Shown here: piece by piece, positions 51,297 through 60,681 of the stretch | Layout: every line of letters starts with the position of its first letter | Position numbering within the stretch: position 1 is the first letter of the stretch | NCBI GenBank assembly: GCA_038046405.1 | Contig: JBBSWI010000019.1 | Location: 10,530-74,529, forward strand | Direction of reading: 5' to 3' | DNA: 64,000 nt | Source: Nanobdellota archaeon | Lineage (GTDB): Archaea; Nanobdellota; Nanobdellia; SCGC-AAA011-G17; JAGVZF01 | Notes under the pieces: model-generated | What the model saw: the letters and a program-made list of their open reading frames with translations, nothing else | Databases searched by the model: none | Told to the model about the DNA's origin: nothing | Translations under genes and position numbers: made by a program

Positions 51297-51817
51297 ACTA
51301 TGACTTAGTCTATGAGCCTGGCGACGACACCTTTCTTATCGCAGAGCAACTGAAAAAATTTCATGATATTAGAGTGCTGGATATGGGCTCAGGTTCTGGA
51401 TATCTAGCAGAGATTTTAATAAAAAACAACTGCAATGTATTGGCGGCAGACATAAACAAGAAGTCTGTTGAACTTTGCAGAAAGAAAGGCATAAATGCAG
51501 TGCAGTCAGATTTATTCTCAAATATCAAAGAGAAATTTGACCTAATTGTTTTTAATCCGCCTTACCTTCCTTTAGATGAAGACGAGCCAGAAGACTCAAG
51601 ATTGATCACTACTGCAGGCAAAAAAGGCCATGAAATAATACAGAAATTCCTCAAGGATGCAAAAAAACATCTTAACAAGGCCGGAAAAATATTGCTGCTT
51701 TTTTCCTCTCTGTCAGGAAATGTAGAAGATTTGTTTAAGAAATACGATTACGATGCTAAGAAAATATCTGAAAAAAAGCTATTTTTTGAAAAGATTTATG
51801 TATATTTGCTAAGATAG
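51293..51817 (+). CDS. HemK/Mtq2-like protein N5-glutamine methyltransferase
   Basis: SAM motif LDMGSGSGYL and catalytic NPPY. Confidence 0.65.
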   Translation: MNYDLVYEPGDDTFLIAEQLKKFHDIRVLDMGSGSGYLAEILIKNNCNVLAADINKKSVELCRKKGINAVQSDLFSNIKEKFDLIVFNPPYLPLDEDEPEDSRLITTAGKKGHEIIQKFLKDAKKHLNKAGKILLLFSSLSGNVEDLFKKYDYDAKKISEKKLFFEKIYVYLLR

Positions 51818-52261
51818 TCGCTTACTTATCTCTTGGCTATTCTGAGTGATTATTTTGTCTTTGTACATTATTTTAATCTTAAGATCATGCACTTTTTTAT
51901 TATCAACAATACCTAATCCAATTGATTCTAGGCTTAGTGCATAGTTGTGGTTTCCGCTAAAGCCCTCTCCGTAATAATCTATTTCAGGGTAATAGCCGCT
52001 TTTTATTTCATACCAGCTGCCATTCTTTTCTATGAACTGCTTTAACGAGAGTGTTATTGTTTTGTTATCTAAGCTAATACTAACCATAGAATCTAAAGGC
52101 AAGACAACATTACTGTCTGTAAATACAACAACATTTCCAGAAACCTTGTCCATGACATTTTTTACTGCAAATCCCGTTATGCTAGGATTAATAGCCACAA
52201 TGCCAAAAAGAACAATTATGCTTATAATCGGCAGCAAGTACGGCAAAAACTCTTTTTTCAT
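51809..52261 (-). CDS. Hypothetical membrane-anchored protein
   Basis: An N-terminal TM helix followed by a beta-rich domain. Confidence 0.3.
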   Translation of the reverse strand: MKKEFLPYLLPIISIIVLFGIVAINPSITGFAVKNVMDKVSGNVVVFTDSNVVLPLDSMVSISLDNKTITLSLKQFIEKNGSWYEIKSGYYPEIDYYGEGFSGNHNYALSLESIGLGIVDNKKVHDLKIKIMYKDKIITQNSQEISKRLS

Positions 52262-52293
52262 AGCTATTGATTATATCAAGAATTATTAAAATC

Positions 52294-53601
52294 TTACCTT
52301 TTTAGCAATTTCTTTAGGTTTTCTTTATATAACTCTACGTTTGGCTGGTCAAAAGGATTGACCATGAACAAATAAGCAAGATAAATAACCTCTATCTGTT
52401 TCATCATCAAGAATTCTCCCACAGAAAACTCATCATTGCTATTCAATAAGCATTCGGTAAAAGGAATGCTCCTTTCCTTAAATGATAATTTTACTGATTT
52501 TATTATTGCACCCATTATTATGGCCGCAGGCTTATTTTGTATATTATTAACTAGATTACTGTATTCTATGTGCTTAGGAATATTTATGGAAGGCGTCTTA
52601 TCCAAGCTTATTATATGCAATAATTTGTCTTTTGGACCAGCAATATACAATTGGAACATAGAATGCATATCATTGCTTCCTATTGCTACTGTAGGGGTTA
52701 TCCCAGCATTTATTTTATTCCCAAATTTTGTGAATTCCTTCCCTACAGATTCAGCCACTAATTGCCTGTACCATTTTCCCAAGGCTTCTAGCTCTATAGA
52801 AAAGAACAACGATTCATAGATATTCTTTTTTCCCTGGTTGCTCAGGTACATCACGATAGCATTTATTGCAGCAGGGTTTTCTTTTATGCTTAAGCATCTT
52901 TTTCTCATTACTTTTGCACCGTAAACTAATTTTTCTATATCAATGCCAAGTAACGCCAAAGGAAAAAAGCCGACTGCAGACAAAACAGAAAATCTTCCGG
53001 ACACCAAATTTGGGGTTTCTAAAACTTCAAATCTGTTTTCAATGGCAATTTTGTTGAGCAAAGATCCTTTGTCGGTTGTTACTACAACATATTTATGATA
53101 GTTATCAATATATTTTTTCATTACAGCAATCAATATTTCGAAATTAGCAATAGACTCAGTAGTTGTTCCGGAATTGCTTATTAAGTTAAGCAGTACTTTT
53201 TTTCCGGATTTAAAGGAATCTTCAAGCAAGTGGATTACTTGGGTTAAATAAAATGTGTCGAGGCTTTCAACAAAGATTATTTTTGGAGTATTATGCAGTA
53301 GGTTATAGAATTTTCCCTTTATTGCCTCCAAAATAGCAATGGTCCCAAGGCTGCTCCCACCAATGCCTATAACAACTAGATACTCGAGATCATTTTCCTT
53401 TTTTTGTAGGGTCAAATTTTTTATTTTAAGTATTAATGCCCTGTCATCTGGAAGATTGATAAAACCGTATTCGCTGGTGTACCTTAAGTTTAAACTTTCA
53501 TTCAGTTTTTTTATCTCTGGCTCCAGTTTCTTGAGATAGTCATTTATCAAAGACTTCCCTATTAAGCTGTTTTCATAGAAAAATTCAGATTCTCTCATCA
53601 A
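52294..53601 (-). CDS. pgi: Glucose-6-phosphate isomerase (PGI/SIS family)
   Basis: VVIGIGGSSLG and the 435-aa length. Confidence 0.65.
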   Translation of the reverse strand: MMRESEFFYENSLIGKSLINDYLKKLEPEIKKLNESLNLRYTSEYGFINLPDDRALILKIKNLTLQKKENDLEYLVVIGIGGSSLGTIAILEAIKGKFYNLLHNTPKIIFVESLDTFYLTQVIHLLEDSFKSGKKVLLNLISNSGTTTESIANFEILIAVMKKYIDNYHKYVVVTTDKGSLLNKIAIENRFEVLETPNLVSGRFSVLSAVGFFPLALLGIDIEKLVYGAKVMRKRCLSIKENPAAINAIVMYLSNQGKKNIYESLFFSIELEALGKWYRQLVAESVGKEFTKFGNKINAGITPTVAIGSNDMHSMFQLYIAGPKDKLLHIISLDKTPSINIPKHIEYSNLVNNIQNKPAAIIMGAIIKSVKLSFKERSIPFTECLLNSNDEFSVGEFLMMKQIEVIYLAYLFMVNPFDQPNVELYKENLKKLLKR

Positions 53602-53747
53602 TATCTTGAGGCGGAATTTTAAATAAAAACCTTTGTTTTAACTAATTAGGCGATAACCAGGAAGAAAAAATAAAAACAAAGGTTTAAATATCATCAATTT
53701 CCCGCATAAGAATCTCGTTCGAACTACTTTAAGTAGGAGAGCCAAAA

Positions 53748-54485
53748 ATGGACAAGAAAATATTCACCGAGTCAATAAAGAAGTTAAAAGAGATTTCTCC
53801 TAAACGAAAATTTACTCAATCAATTGACTTAGTTATCAATCTTAAAGGCATTGACTTGAAAAAGCCTGAGCAAAAAGTAGATTTATTTGTCATATTGCCG
53901 TATTCTAAGGGAAAACAGGTAAAGATATGCGCTTTGGTAGGAAATGAACTGGCTTCTCAGGCAAAGATCTTGTTTGACAAGACTATTACAAGCGAAGAAT
54001 TCCAAAAATACAACGAGAAAAAAGTGCTCAAGAAGATAGCGTCAGAATTCGATTATTTTATAGCCCAAGCAAACCTGATGGGGCAAATTGCAACTGTCTT
54101 TGGCAGAACCCTTGGACCTAGGGGAAAGATGCCTAATCCTAAAGCGGGTTGTGTAGTTCCTCCAACAGCCCAAATCACCGCATTAAAGGACAGACTCCAA
54201 AAGACAATCCATCTTCAAACTAAGAATGATGCTTCATTAAAAGCCTCGATAGGCCTTGAAGATATGGAAAATGAGGAACTTGCTGAAAATGCCTATTCTG
54301 CCTTTAGCTCTTTAATACACTCCTTGCCGCAAGAGAAGGCAAATATAAAATCTGTTATGGTAAAGACCACTATGGGTCCTATAGTTATTGTAACAGACCA
54401 AGGCCCCAAGATAAAAGAGACAAAAGAAGTCGAAATTGAAGCTAAAGAAACCAAGTCGAAGAAAACAAACAAAAATGAAACCTAA
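53748..54485 (+). CDS. rpl1: Ribosomal protein L1 (uL1)
   Basis: FGRTLGPRGKMPNPKAG and overall L1 architecture. Confidence 0.85.
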   Translation: MDKKIFTESIKKLKEISPKRKFTQSIDLVINLKGIDLKKPEQKVDLFVILPYSKGKQVKICALVGNELASQAKILFDKTITSEEFQKYNEKKVLKKIASEFDYFIAQANLMGQIATVFGRTLGPRGKMPNPKAGCVVPPTAQITALKDRLQKTIHLQTKNDASLKASIGLEDMENEELAENAYSAFSSLIHSLPQEKANIKSVMVKTTMGPIVIVTDQGPKIKETKEVEIEAKETKSKKTNKNET

Positions 54486-55446
54486 AGCATACGTCTCAGA
54501 ACAGAAAAAGGAAGAAGTCAAGCAAATCAAGAATTTGATAAAGAGATACCCCTGCTTTGGAATTATCGACCTGACTTCATTGCCAAGTTCGACGTTGCAG
54601 CAAATAAGGCACAAAATAAAGAAGCATGACGTAATAATCTTTACAACCAAAAAAAGTCTGATCAGTATAGCAATCAACGACTTTAAGGATGAAATTAAAA
54701 ACATCTCGGAATTATTGCCCGTACTTGAAAATTCAATGCCGGCCTTGATTTTTACTTCAATGAACCCATTCAAGCTTGCTTTGATGATAAACAAGAGCAA
54801 GACAAGCGCTTTCGCAAAGCCTGGCCAAATTGCCCCTCATGATATAATAATACCGGCAGGTCCCACAAAATTCACTCCTGGTCCTGTAATAGGGGAGCTA
54901 GGGGCAGTAGGTATTAAAACCATAATCCAAGAAGGGAAAATCACGATAAAGGACGACATAAATTTCGTGAAGCAAGGCGAAGTAATAGACAAGAAAAAGT
55001 CAGAGATCCTGACTAAACTCGGGATAGAACCGATGGAAGTAGAGATGAACCTTATTAGCCTATATGAAAAAGGAAAGGTCTACGGACATGACATATTAGG
55101 TATTTCAGAAGATGCCTATTTTAATAGGTTAAAAGAGGCACACCAAAACTCTTTTAATCTTGCAGTATTTATTAATTATACTTCAAAAGACACTATGGAA
55201 ACTTTAATAAAGAAGGCATATATGCAAGGCAAAGCCCTTGCTTCAAAAGCGAACATTGAATTCAGCGAAGAGATAATAACGCAAATCAATGAATCTCAAG
55301 AGTCTAGTGGGGAAAAAAAGCACAGTAATCAACTCCATGAAAAGAAAGATACAAGTGCAGTGGGCTATACAGAAGAGGCTGTAGAAAAGGCCTCAGAAAT
55401 ATTAAAACAGCTTCAAGATCAAAAAATTAAGGAAAACAGAACATAG
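54475..55446 (+). CDS. rpl10: Ribosomal stalk protein L10/P0 (uL10)
   Basis: The ORF track gives 54436. The start MKPKAYVSEQKKEEVKQIKNLIKRYP (54475) matches the conserved P0 N-terminus and avoids a long overlap with rpl1. Confidence 0.75.
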   Translation: MKPKAYVSEQKKEEVKQIKNLIKRYPCFGIIDLTSLPSSTLQQIRHKIKKHDVIIFTTKKSLISIAINDFKDEIKNISELLPVLENSMPALIFTSMNPFKLALMINKSKTSAFAKPGQIAPHDIIIPAGPTKFTPGPVIGELGAVGIKTIIQEGKITIKDDINFVKQGEVIDKKKSEILTKLGIEPMEVEMNLISLYEKGKVYGHDILGISEDAYFNRLKEAHQNSFNLAVFINYTSKDTMETLIKKAYMQGKALASKANIEFSEEIITQINESQESSGEKKHSNQLHEKKDTSAVGYTEEAVEKASEILKQLQDQKIKENRT

Positions 55447-55455
55447 GAGGATAAA

Positions 55456-55740
55456 ATGGAATACGTTTATGCTGCGTTATTGCTACACAAGCTCGGTCAC
55501 AAAGTAACTGAAGAAAACTTAAGAAGAGTACTTGAGTCAGCAGGCGCGAAGGTTGACGAAGCAAAAGTTAAATCTTTAGTGGCATCTTTAGAATCTGTCG
55601 ACATAGAGTCTGCTATAAAAGAAGCTGCCATGGCTCCAGCAATGACACAAGTAAAAGAAGAGAAGAAAGAAGATAAGAAGAAAGAAGAGAAATTAGATGA
55701 GTCAGCAGCATCAGCCGGACTAGGCGCATTGTTCGGCTAG
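55456..55740 (+). CDS. rpl12: Ribosomal stalk protein P1/L12e
   Basis: MEYVYAALLLHKLG... and the acidic C-terminus ending GLGALFG. Confidence 0.8.
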   Translation: MEYVYAALLLHKLGHKVTEENLRRVLESAGAKVDEAKVKSLVASLESVDIESAIKEAAMAPAMTQVKEEKKEDKKKEEKLDESAASAGLGALFG

Positions 55741-55834
55741 CTTTTACTTTTTTGTGTTGTATAATATGTTAAAGACACGATTTCTATAGTAATTTATGCA
55801 AATGTTTAAATAAAATTATACCTATTTAGCTTGA

Positions 55835-56554
55835 ATGAGGAAACTTAACAGTTTAAAAATTGGATTTACAGAAGCAATGATAATGTTTGTGATTCTAATA
55901 TTACTTGGCGTTGTAATCGCCCAGCCAGGACTGCCCCATCAATTTTATGGGGATGTAAAATGTCTCAACAATAACACTGTTCCTAATGGTTTAAATGTCT
56001 ATGTAAAAACAAATAACATCTTAATAAAATCAACAACAACATTCAATGGACAATATGGCTATGAGCCAGTTTTTTTAATATGGGGCCTTGAAGACAATAC
56101 GCTATTAGATTTTTATGTAAACAATAAACATGTGTCTTCATATAAATTTTTAGCAGGCCAGACTACACGCTTAGATTTGTTTGTTGATACAGATATTTGC
56201 AGCCCTACTAATAATCCTAGCAATCCTGGTTCTGGGAGTGGCTCGGCGAGTGGCTCTGGCAGTAGTTTCGGAATTGGCCCTATAGCTATTGCTATTAATG
56301 ATTTAGGAGCATTAATAACCAATAGGGGGGATATAAATAATAATCCCGGTAATAAAACTCAAAACCACCAACCAGCCAATTTTTCCGAGATAATATTTAA
56401 TTATGACAATCCTCTTAACATAAATAAAGTTGTTGCATTGAACATATCATTATGCGGTTTGATTATAATGGCCTTGATATCCCTGTACTCTATTCGCAGA
56501 CTTAAAAAACCCAACCAGCTTTGCACAAAAAATAGTCCTACAAGGACTTTATAG
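55835..56554 (+). CDS. Surface/membrane protein with N-terminal anchor, Gly/Ser linker and C-terminal TM; paralogue of 57731-58579
   Basis: QFYGDVKCLNNN domain and GSGSGSASGSGSS linker. The C-terminal TM is followed by a 15-aa extension overlapping the tnpB 3' end. Confidence 0.45.
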   Translation: MRKLNSLKIGFTEAMIMFVILILLGVVIAQPGLPHQFYGDVKCLNNNTVPNGLNVYVKTNNILIKSTTTFNGQYGYEPVFLIWGLEDNTLLDFYVNNKHVSSYKFLAGQTTRLDLFVDTDICSPTNNPSNPGSGSGSASGSGSSFGIGPIAIAINDLGALITNRGDINNNPGNKTQNHQPANFSEIIFNYDNPLNINKVVALNISLCGLIIMALISLYSIRRLKKPNQLCTKNSPTRTL

Positions 56555-57590
56555 TGCTTACCGCTTCTTGAGCGATTTTTGGGCTTAAGCCAGCAGCCCG
56601 GCTGCCAGACATGTAATCCGGCAGCATCTTCAATAGATTCATTGAAGCATTAAAATCTGCATTAACTTCATAGCTGCAGTCATTGCATTTAAACAATCCC
56701 TGATTTAATCTAGTTCCGATATTTCCGCATTTTGAACAAGTCTTGGAAGTGTTATATTCTTTCAGCTTAATCACTCTGATTCCATTCTGCATTGCCTTGT
56801 ATTCTATAAACTTGGTTAATCTAAAGTAAGGCATATGCCCGAGTATTTTGTTTATCTTTCTGCCGCGGTTCTTTCTTCTTATACCTTTTAAATTTCCAAT
56901 CACTATTAATGACTCGTTCTTTGCTGCATCACTTACTATTGAATTGCTTATCTTATGCAATTCCTGTTCAATGATTCTTTTCTCTTTGTCGTTTATTTTT
57001 TTTATTTTCTTCAGCAATTTCTTGTTTCCAAGCCTTCTTCTCAAATAGCTGTAATGCCTTCTTATGCCTTTTATATTGCGTCCATAGAAAATAGGCTTGA
57101 CGTTGCAAGAGTTACAAACTGTTGCAATATTACTATAGCCCAAATCTATGGAAGTGATACTATTATACTTGATTTCATTCACTTTGTACTGGAAAATCAA
57201 TCTTAACTCATAGTTCCCTTTCTTGTTTTTAATAAGCAAAGAATCTTTCAGGTATTTTATGTTCATTAATTCTTTATGCGGCTTGATCGGCAGCCATAAT
57301 CCAATGCCTTTTCTCTTTCTTACGCTTATCTTGATCCAGTGAGGAGTCAGTTTTGTGTTCTTCTTCCTGAACCATACCTGGTTTTTTGGAATTACCAGAG
57401 GATAGTCTTTGTATTTGATCTTTTTAGTGTCATAATACCAGCCCTTTGCTCTTTTATGCTGGCTTAAAATATCCTTGTCTATATTGAACTGCATCCACCA
57501 CTGGAATCCATTGTATTCATGGTCTAGAGCATCTAGCTTAGTTTTAGTTAGACTAAGAATTCCTGCATTAATCACCTTTGTTGCAAGCAT
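56538..57590 (-). CDS. tnpB: Solo TnpB-like protein (IS1341-type), RuvC-II Glu apparently replaced (IVIGNLKG)
   Basis: RuvC-I SIDLGYSN, Zn finger CSKCGN...CNDCS, RuvC-III NADFNASMNLLK. The position equivalent to VIEDLN reads VIGNLK. Confidence 0.75.
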   Translation of the reverse strand: MLATKVINAGILSLTKTKLDALDHEYNGFQWWMQFNIDKDILSQHKRAKGWYYDTKKIKYKDYPLVIPKNQVWFRKKNTKLTPHWIKISVRKRKGIGLWLPIKPHKELMNIKYLKDSLLIKNKKGNYELRLIFQYKVNEIKYNSITSIDLGYSNIATVCNSCNVKPIFYGRNIKGIRRHYSYLRRRLGNKKLLKKIKKINDKEKRIIEQELHKISNSIVSDAAKNESLIVIGNLKGIRRKNRGRKINKILGHMPYFRLTKFIEYKAMQNGIRVIKLKEYNTSKTCSKCGNIGTRLNQGLFKCNDCSYEVNADFNASMNLLKMLPDYMSGSRAAGLSPKIAQEAVSTIKSL

Positions 57591-57622
57591 ATGAATATTA
57601 ATGCAAACAAATTTATAAAGCT

Positions 57623-57658
57623 GTCGCGCGAGCCGTGGAATGTGAGAATTGTTTTCAA
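57623..57658 (+). repeat. IS200/605 left-end-like 36-bp element upstream of solo tnpB (second copy of 46477-46512)
   Basis: It is an identical 36-mer, and the palindrome tcgcgcga lies within it. Confidence 0.8.
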
Positions 57659-57730
57659 AATATATATTGAATTATATAATGACTTAATGCACAAAGCCAA
57701 CCCAACCAAAAAGTATATAAGTAAAAATTC

Positions 57731-58579
57731 ATGAATAAAACTATGGCCTTTAAAAAAGAGGGTGACAAATATATTCTATTCATCTTTGTCCTCATTTTTA
57801 TAGTCCTGCTGTTCTCTTTTATTACAATCAATCTAAGATTATTCGTTTACAAGGCCCCGCCATCACTGCATGAGTTCTATGGTCAGATAGTCTGTAGCAA
57901 TAATGCTCCATCGCTACAAGACAAGGTAATAAACATCACAGTCCTGGAGCAAACAGGTTATGTTTCCACATATGCCAAAATTTCAAATAACCAATATACA
58001 ACACCGGTACAAGGTTATACGGACAATACCTCAATAATATTTAAGATAGACAATATAAACATTGATAATTCTTCATTCAAGTCATTTGCGTATGAGCAGA
58101 AGAACCTTATAGTTGTTGATTCTTCATTATGCACAAATCCACCAAGCGGTGGCGGCTCTGGAGGCGGTGGAGGTTCAGGCGGCGGCTCTGGAGGCGGTGG
58201 AGGTTCAGGCACTTCACAAAATACTAGCGGTCAAAACTTAACAATAAATATCTCTTCCGAACCCATAGGAGCATCTGTGTACATTAACGACATCTATAAA
58301 GGCATCACTCCTATTAGTTTAACACTAGAAAAAGATCAATATACTATAAAACTTGTTAAACAAAACTATCAGACTTTCTTGCAGCAGATAGACTTAACAT
58401 CCAGCATGTCATTTAATATCAAACTCAAAAAAGTGAGCTCTGCAAATCCAGCATCAATAGAATTCACAAAATATTTCTTTAAAAGAACTGATATTTTGAT
58501 TATAAATGTCATTATCCTGGCACTTCTTTGCGCAGTTATATTCTACAGCAGGATATACCTCAAAAGGCAAAAACAATAG
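57731..58579 (+). CDS. Surface/membrane protein with Gly-rich linker and PEGA-like domain; C-terminal TM anchor
   Basis: EFYGQIVCSNN domain, linker (GGGSG)n, PEGA-like EPIGASVYINDIYKGITPISLTLEKDQYTIKLVKQNYQ, and the C-terminal TM ending in KRQKQ. Confidence 0.5.
   Translation: MNKTMAFKKEGDKYILFIFVLIFIVLLFSFITINLRLFVYKAPPSLHEFYGQIVCSNNAPSLQDKVINITVLEQTGYVSTYAKISNNQYTTPVQGYTDNTSIIFKIDNINIDNSSFKSFAYEQKNLIVVDSSLCTNPPSGGGSGGGGGSGGGSGGGGGSGTSQNTSGQNLTINISSEPIGASVYINDIYKGITPISLTLEKDQYTIKLVKQNYQTFLQQIDLTSSMSFNIKLKKVSSANPASIEFTKYFFKRTDILIINVIILALLCAVIFYSRIYLKRQKQ
58151..58210 (+). repeat. Perfect 30-bp tandem duplication (ggcggctctggaggcggtggaggttcaggc x2) in the Gly/Ser linker
   Basis: Read directly; the two units have no mismatches. 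Confidence 0.9.
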
Positions 58580-58625
58580 TCTTATTAATATGTTTTTCAG
58601 AATTTTTATATATTTCATTTAAAGT

Positions 58626-59486
58626 ATGGAAACCTCAAAAAATGAATTGAACAGGGAAATCAATGAGCTTAAAAGCCAGCTTAATGCACTCAACAGCCAA
58701 AAAGAATCATGGTTTTCTAGAAAAGAATCAATACAAAAAGAAATTTCTATTTTGATATATGAAATAAAAAAGGTAAGGTCTGAAAGGTCTAAAGTATTTT
58801 CCTCTCATGACAAAAACAAGGATGAAAGGAACAAGCAAAATAGAATAGTTAAATATTTGATTTCTGAAATCAAAGAGCTTAATAATAAGAAAGCAGAATT
58901 CATCAAGAAGAGCAAGCTAAAGGGTGATCCTGAAAGAATTCATGATTTAATTGAGGCGCTAGAGCAAAAAATAGAAACAGAAGCATTAACCTTTGACAAA
59001 GAGAAAGCAGTCATGAAGAGGATAAATGCCCTCAAAAAACAATATTTTGGCTATTCTGAACTTAAGTTACTGATAGGTGCGCACAGATTATTGTCTGCCA
59101 AGATAATGGAGCATAAAAAGCTTGCAAACGAATTCCATTCATTAATGAGGCAATCAGGGCTTGAAAACAAGGAAGACAATGAAAAGATAATAGAGATTTC
59201 TAGAAAAATAATGTTATTAAGAAAAGAGAAAGAAGAAGCAACGAAAAAATTCCTGGAGTTTAAGGCAAAATTCAAGGAAGCTAATAATCTTCTTAAATCA
59301 AAACTGCTGTATATTACTTCTATAAAACAGTCTGAAAACATGGAAAGGCGGTCAATAATAAAGAATAAGGAACAAAAAATAAGAACTATACTTGAGGAAA
59401 AAATAAAGAATGTCGAGGAAAAAATAAAGAGGAAGCAGAAGCTGACAACAGAAGATATTATTACTTTCCAGAAGGGTGCTTCCTGA
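58626..59486 (+). CDS. Hypothetical long coiled-coil protein
   Basis: 286 aa, a K/E-rich heptad-like sequence. Confidence 0.3.
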   Translation: METSKNELNREINELKSQLNALNSQKESWFSRKESIQKEISILIYEIKKVRSERSKVFSSHDKNKDERNKQNRIVKYLISEIKELNNKKAEFIKKSKLKGDPERIHDLIEALEQKIETEALTFDKEKAVMKRINALKKQYFGYSELKLLIGAHRLLSAKIMEHKKLANEFHSLMRQSGLENKEDNEKIIEISRKIMLLRKEKEEATKKFLEFKAKFKEANNLLKSKLLYITSIKQSENMERRSIIKNKEQKIRTILEEKIKNVEEKIKRKQKLTTEDIITFQKGAS

Positions 59487-60069
59487 TATTTTTGTATGCA
59501 ATGTATATAATGACTAATGCCATTATTGTCAATACAACAAGGTCTAAAATACTAGAGTACTTGCTTATTATGCTATAATTTTCCCCAAGCTTATATCCAA
59601 AATATGTAAGTATGAAATTCCACATAAACCCTCCAAGGAAGGTGAACAAGACAAACTTGCTCAATTTCATCCTGCCCGCGCCGGCAGGAATGCTGATTAA
59701 ATGCCTCACAACAGGGATAAATCTCGAGATGAAAATTGTGCTATTGCCGTATTTTTTGAAGAAATCGTAGGCTGAATTAAGGTGATGCTCATTCAAGAGG
59801 AAGAATTTATGGTATTTCCTTATCATGTGCTCGCCCTTAAGACCTATCCAATATGAGATTAAGCTTCCGATTATTGTGCCAAAGCTCCCTATAAAAACAA
59901 CAAGCCAAAAATCAAACCTTCCTGTTGCTGCGCCATATCCTGCAAAAGGCATCACTGCCTCGCTCGGGACAGGGAATATCATGCTCTCCAGCACCATCAA
60001 CAGAAATATCCCCAAATAGCCTACAGAATCTATGAAGCTGCTTATTATATTGAATAGCACCTCTATCAT
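59461..60069 (-). CDS. DedA/SNARE-associated family membrane protein
   Basis: GYLGIFLLMVLESMIFPVPSEAVMPFAGY motif. Confidence 0.7.
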   Translation of the reverse strand: MIEVLFNIISSFIDSVGYLGIFLLMVLESMIFPVPSEAVMPFAGYGAATGRFDFWLVVFIGSFGTIIGSLISYWIGLKGEHMIRKYHKFFLLNEHHLNSAYDFFKKYGNSTIFISRFIPVVRHLISIPAGAGRMKLSKFVLFTFLGGFMWNFILTYFGYKLGENYSIISKYSSILDLVVLTIMALVIIYIAYKNIRKHPSGK

Positions 60070-60593
60070 TTTTTCTTGCCCATTAGTGATTTTATTAAAA
60101 ATACAGCATCGCTATAAATAGGGATTGTCTTTATTTTGTAGAACCTTATCAAAAATATCCAGACTAGCAAAACATAAATGCTGCTTATAATGAGCCAAAA
60201 TGTCATATGCACAATATTAAACCAATCCAAACCAAAGTTAATAATCACTAATATGATCAAGGTGATCCTTAGTACATTCATCAAATATATTAATAATGAT
60301 CCTATCAGAAACATCTTTATTGATTTTTTCAATGAAATGCCTTTTGTGGTCAAAATAAGCAATGCCAGTAAGTAATATGCGGACGTCGCTATGCAAGCCT
60401 TAACAAATTCTAGGCTAATTCCATTTACAAGCAATAATTTCTCAGAAAATAAAAATTCAACGTCATAATTAAGTAAAATCATTACTAAATACGGGAATAG
60501 CATGGTCAAGAATACGAGTCCAAGATAAAACATCTCGGGCCTTAGCAATAAGGCAGTCAATACTCTTAATATAAGACTGAACTCATATCTCAT
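60066..60593 (-). CDS. Polytopic membrane protein, possibly a short archaeosortase/exosortase-family member
   Basis: About five TM helices, a conserved-looking Cys in VKACIATSAYY and Arg in NVLRI. The assignment is speculative. Confidence 0.25.
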   Translation of the reverse strand: MRYEFSLILRVLTALLLRPEMFYLGLVFLTMLFPYLVMILLNYDVEFLFSEKLLLVNGISLEFVKACIATSAYYLLALLILTTKGISLKKSIKMFLIGSLLIYLMNVLRITLIILVIINFGLDWFNIVHMTFWLIISSIYVLLVWIFLIRFYKIKTIPIYSDAVFLIKSLMGKKK

Positions 60594-60681
60594 GCAATTC
60601 CTCTAAAAGCCATATTTTTATTACTTTCTATTCTCTGGCTTTAGTTATGATAGTTATTTTTATAAACAAAGAAATCTTTCA

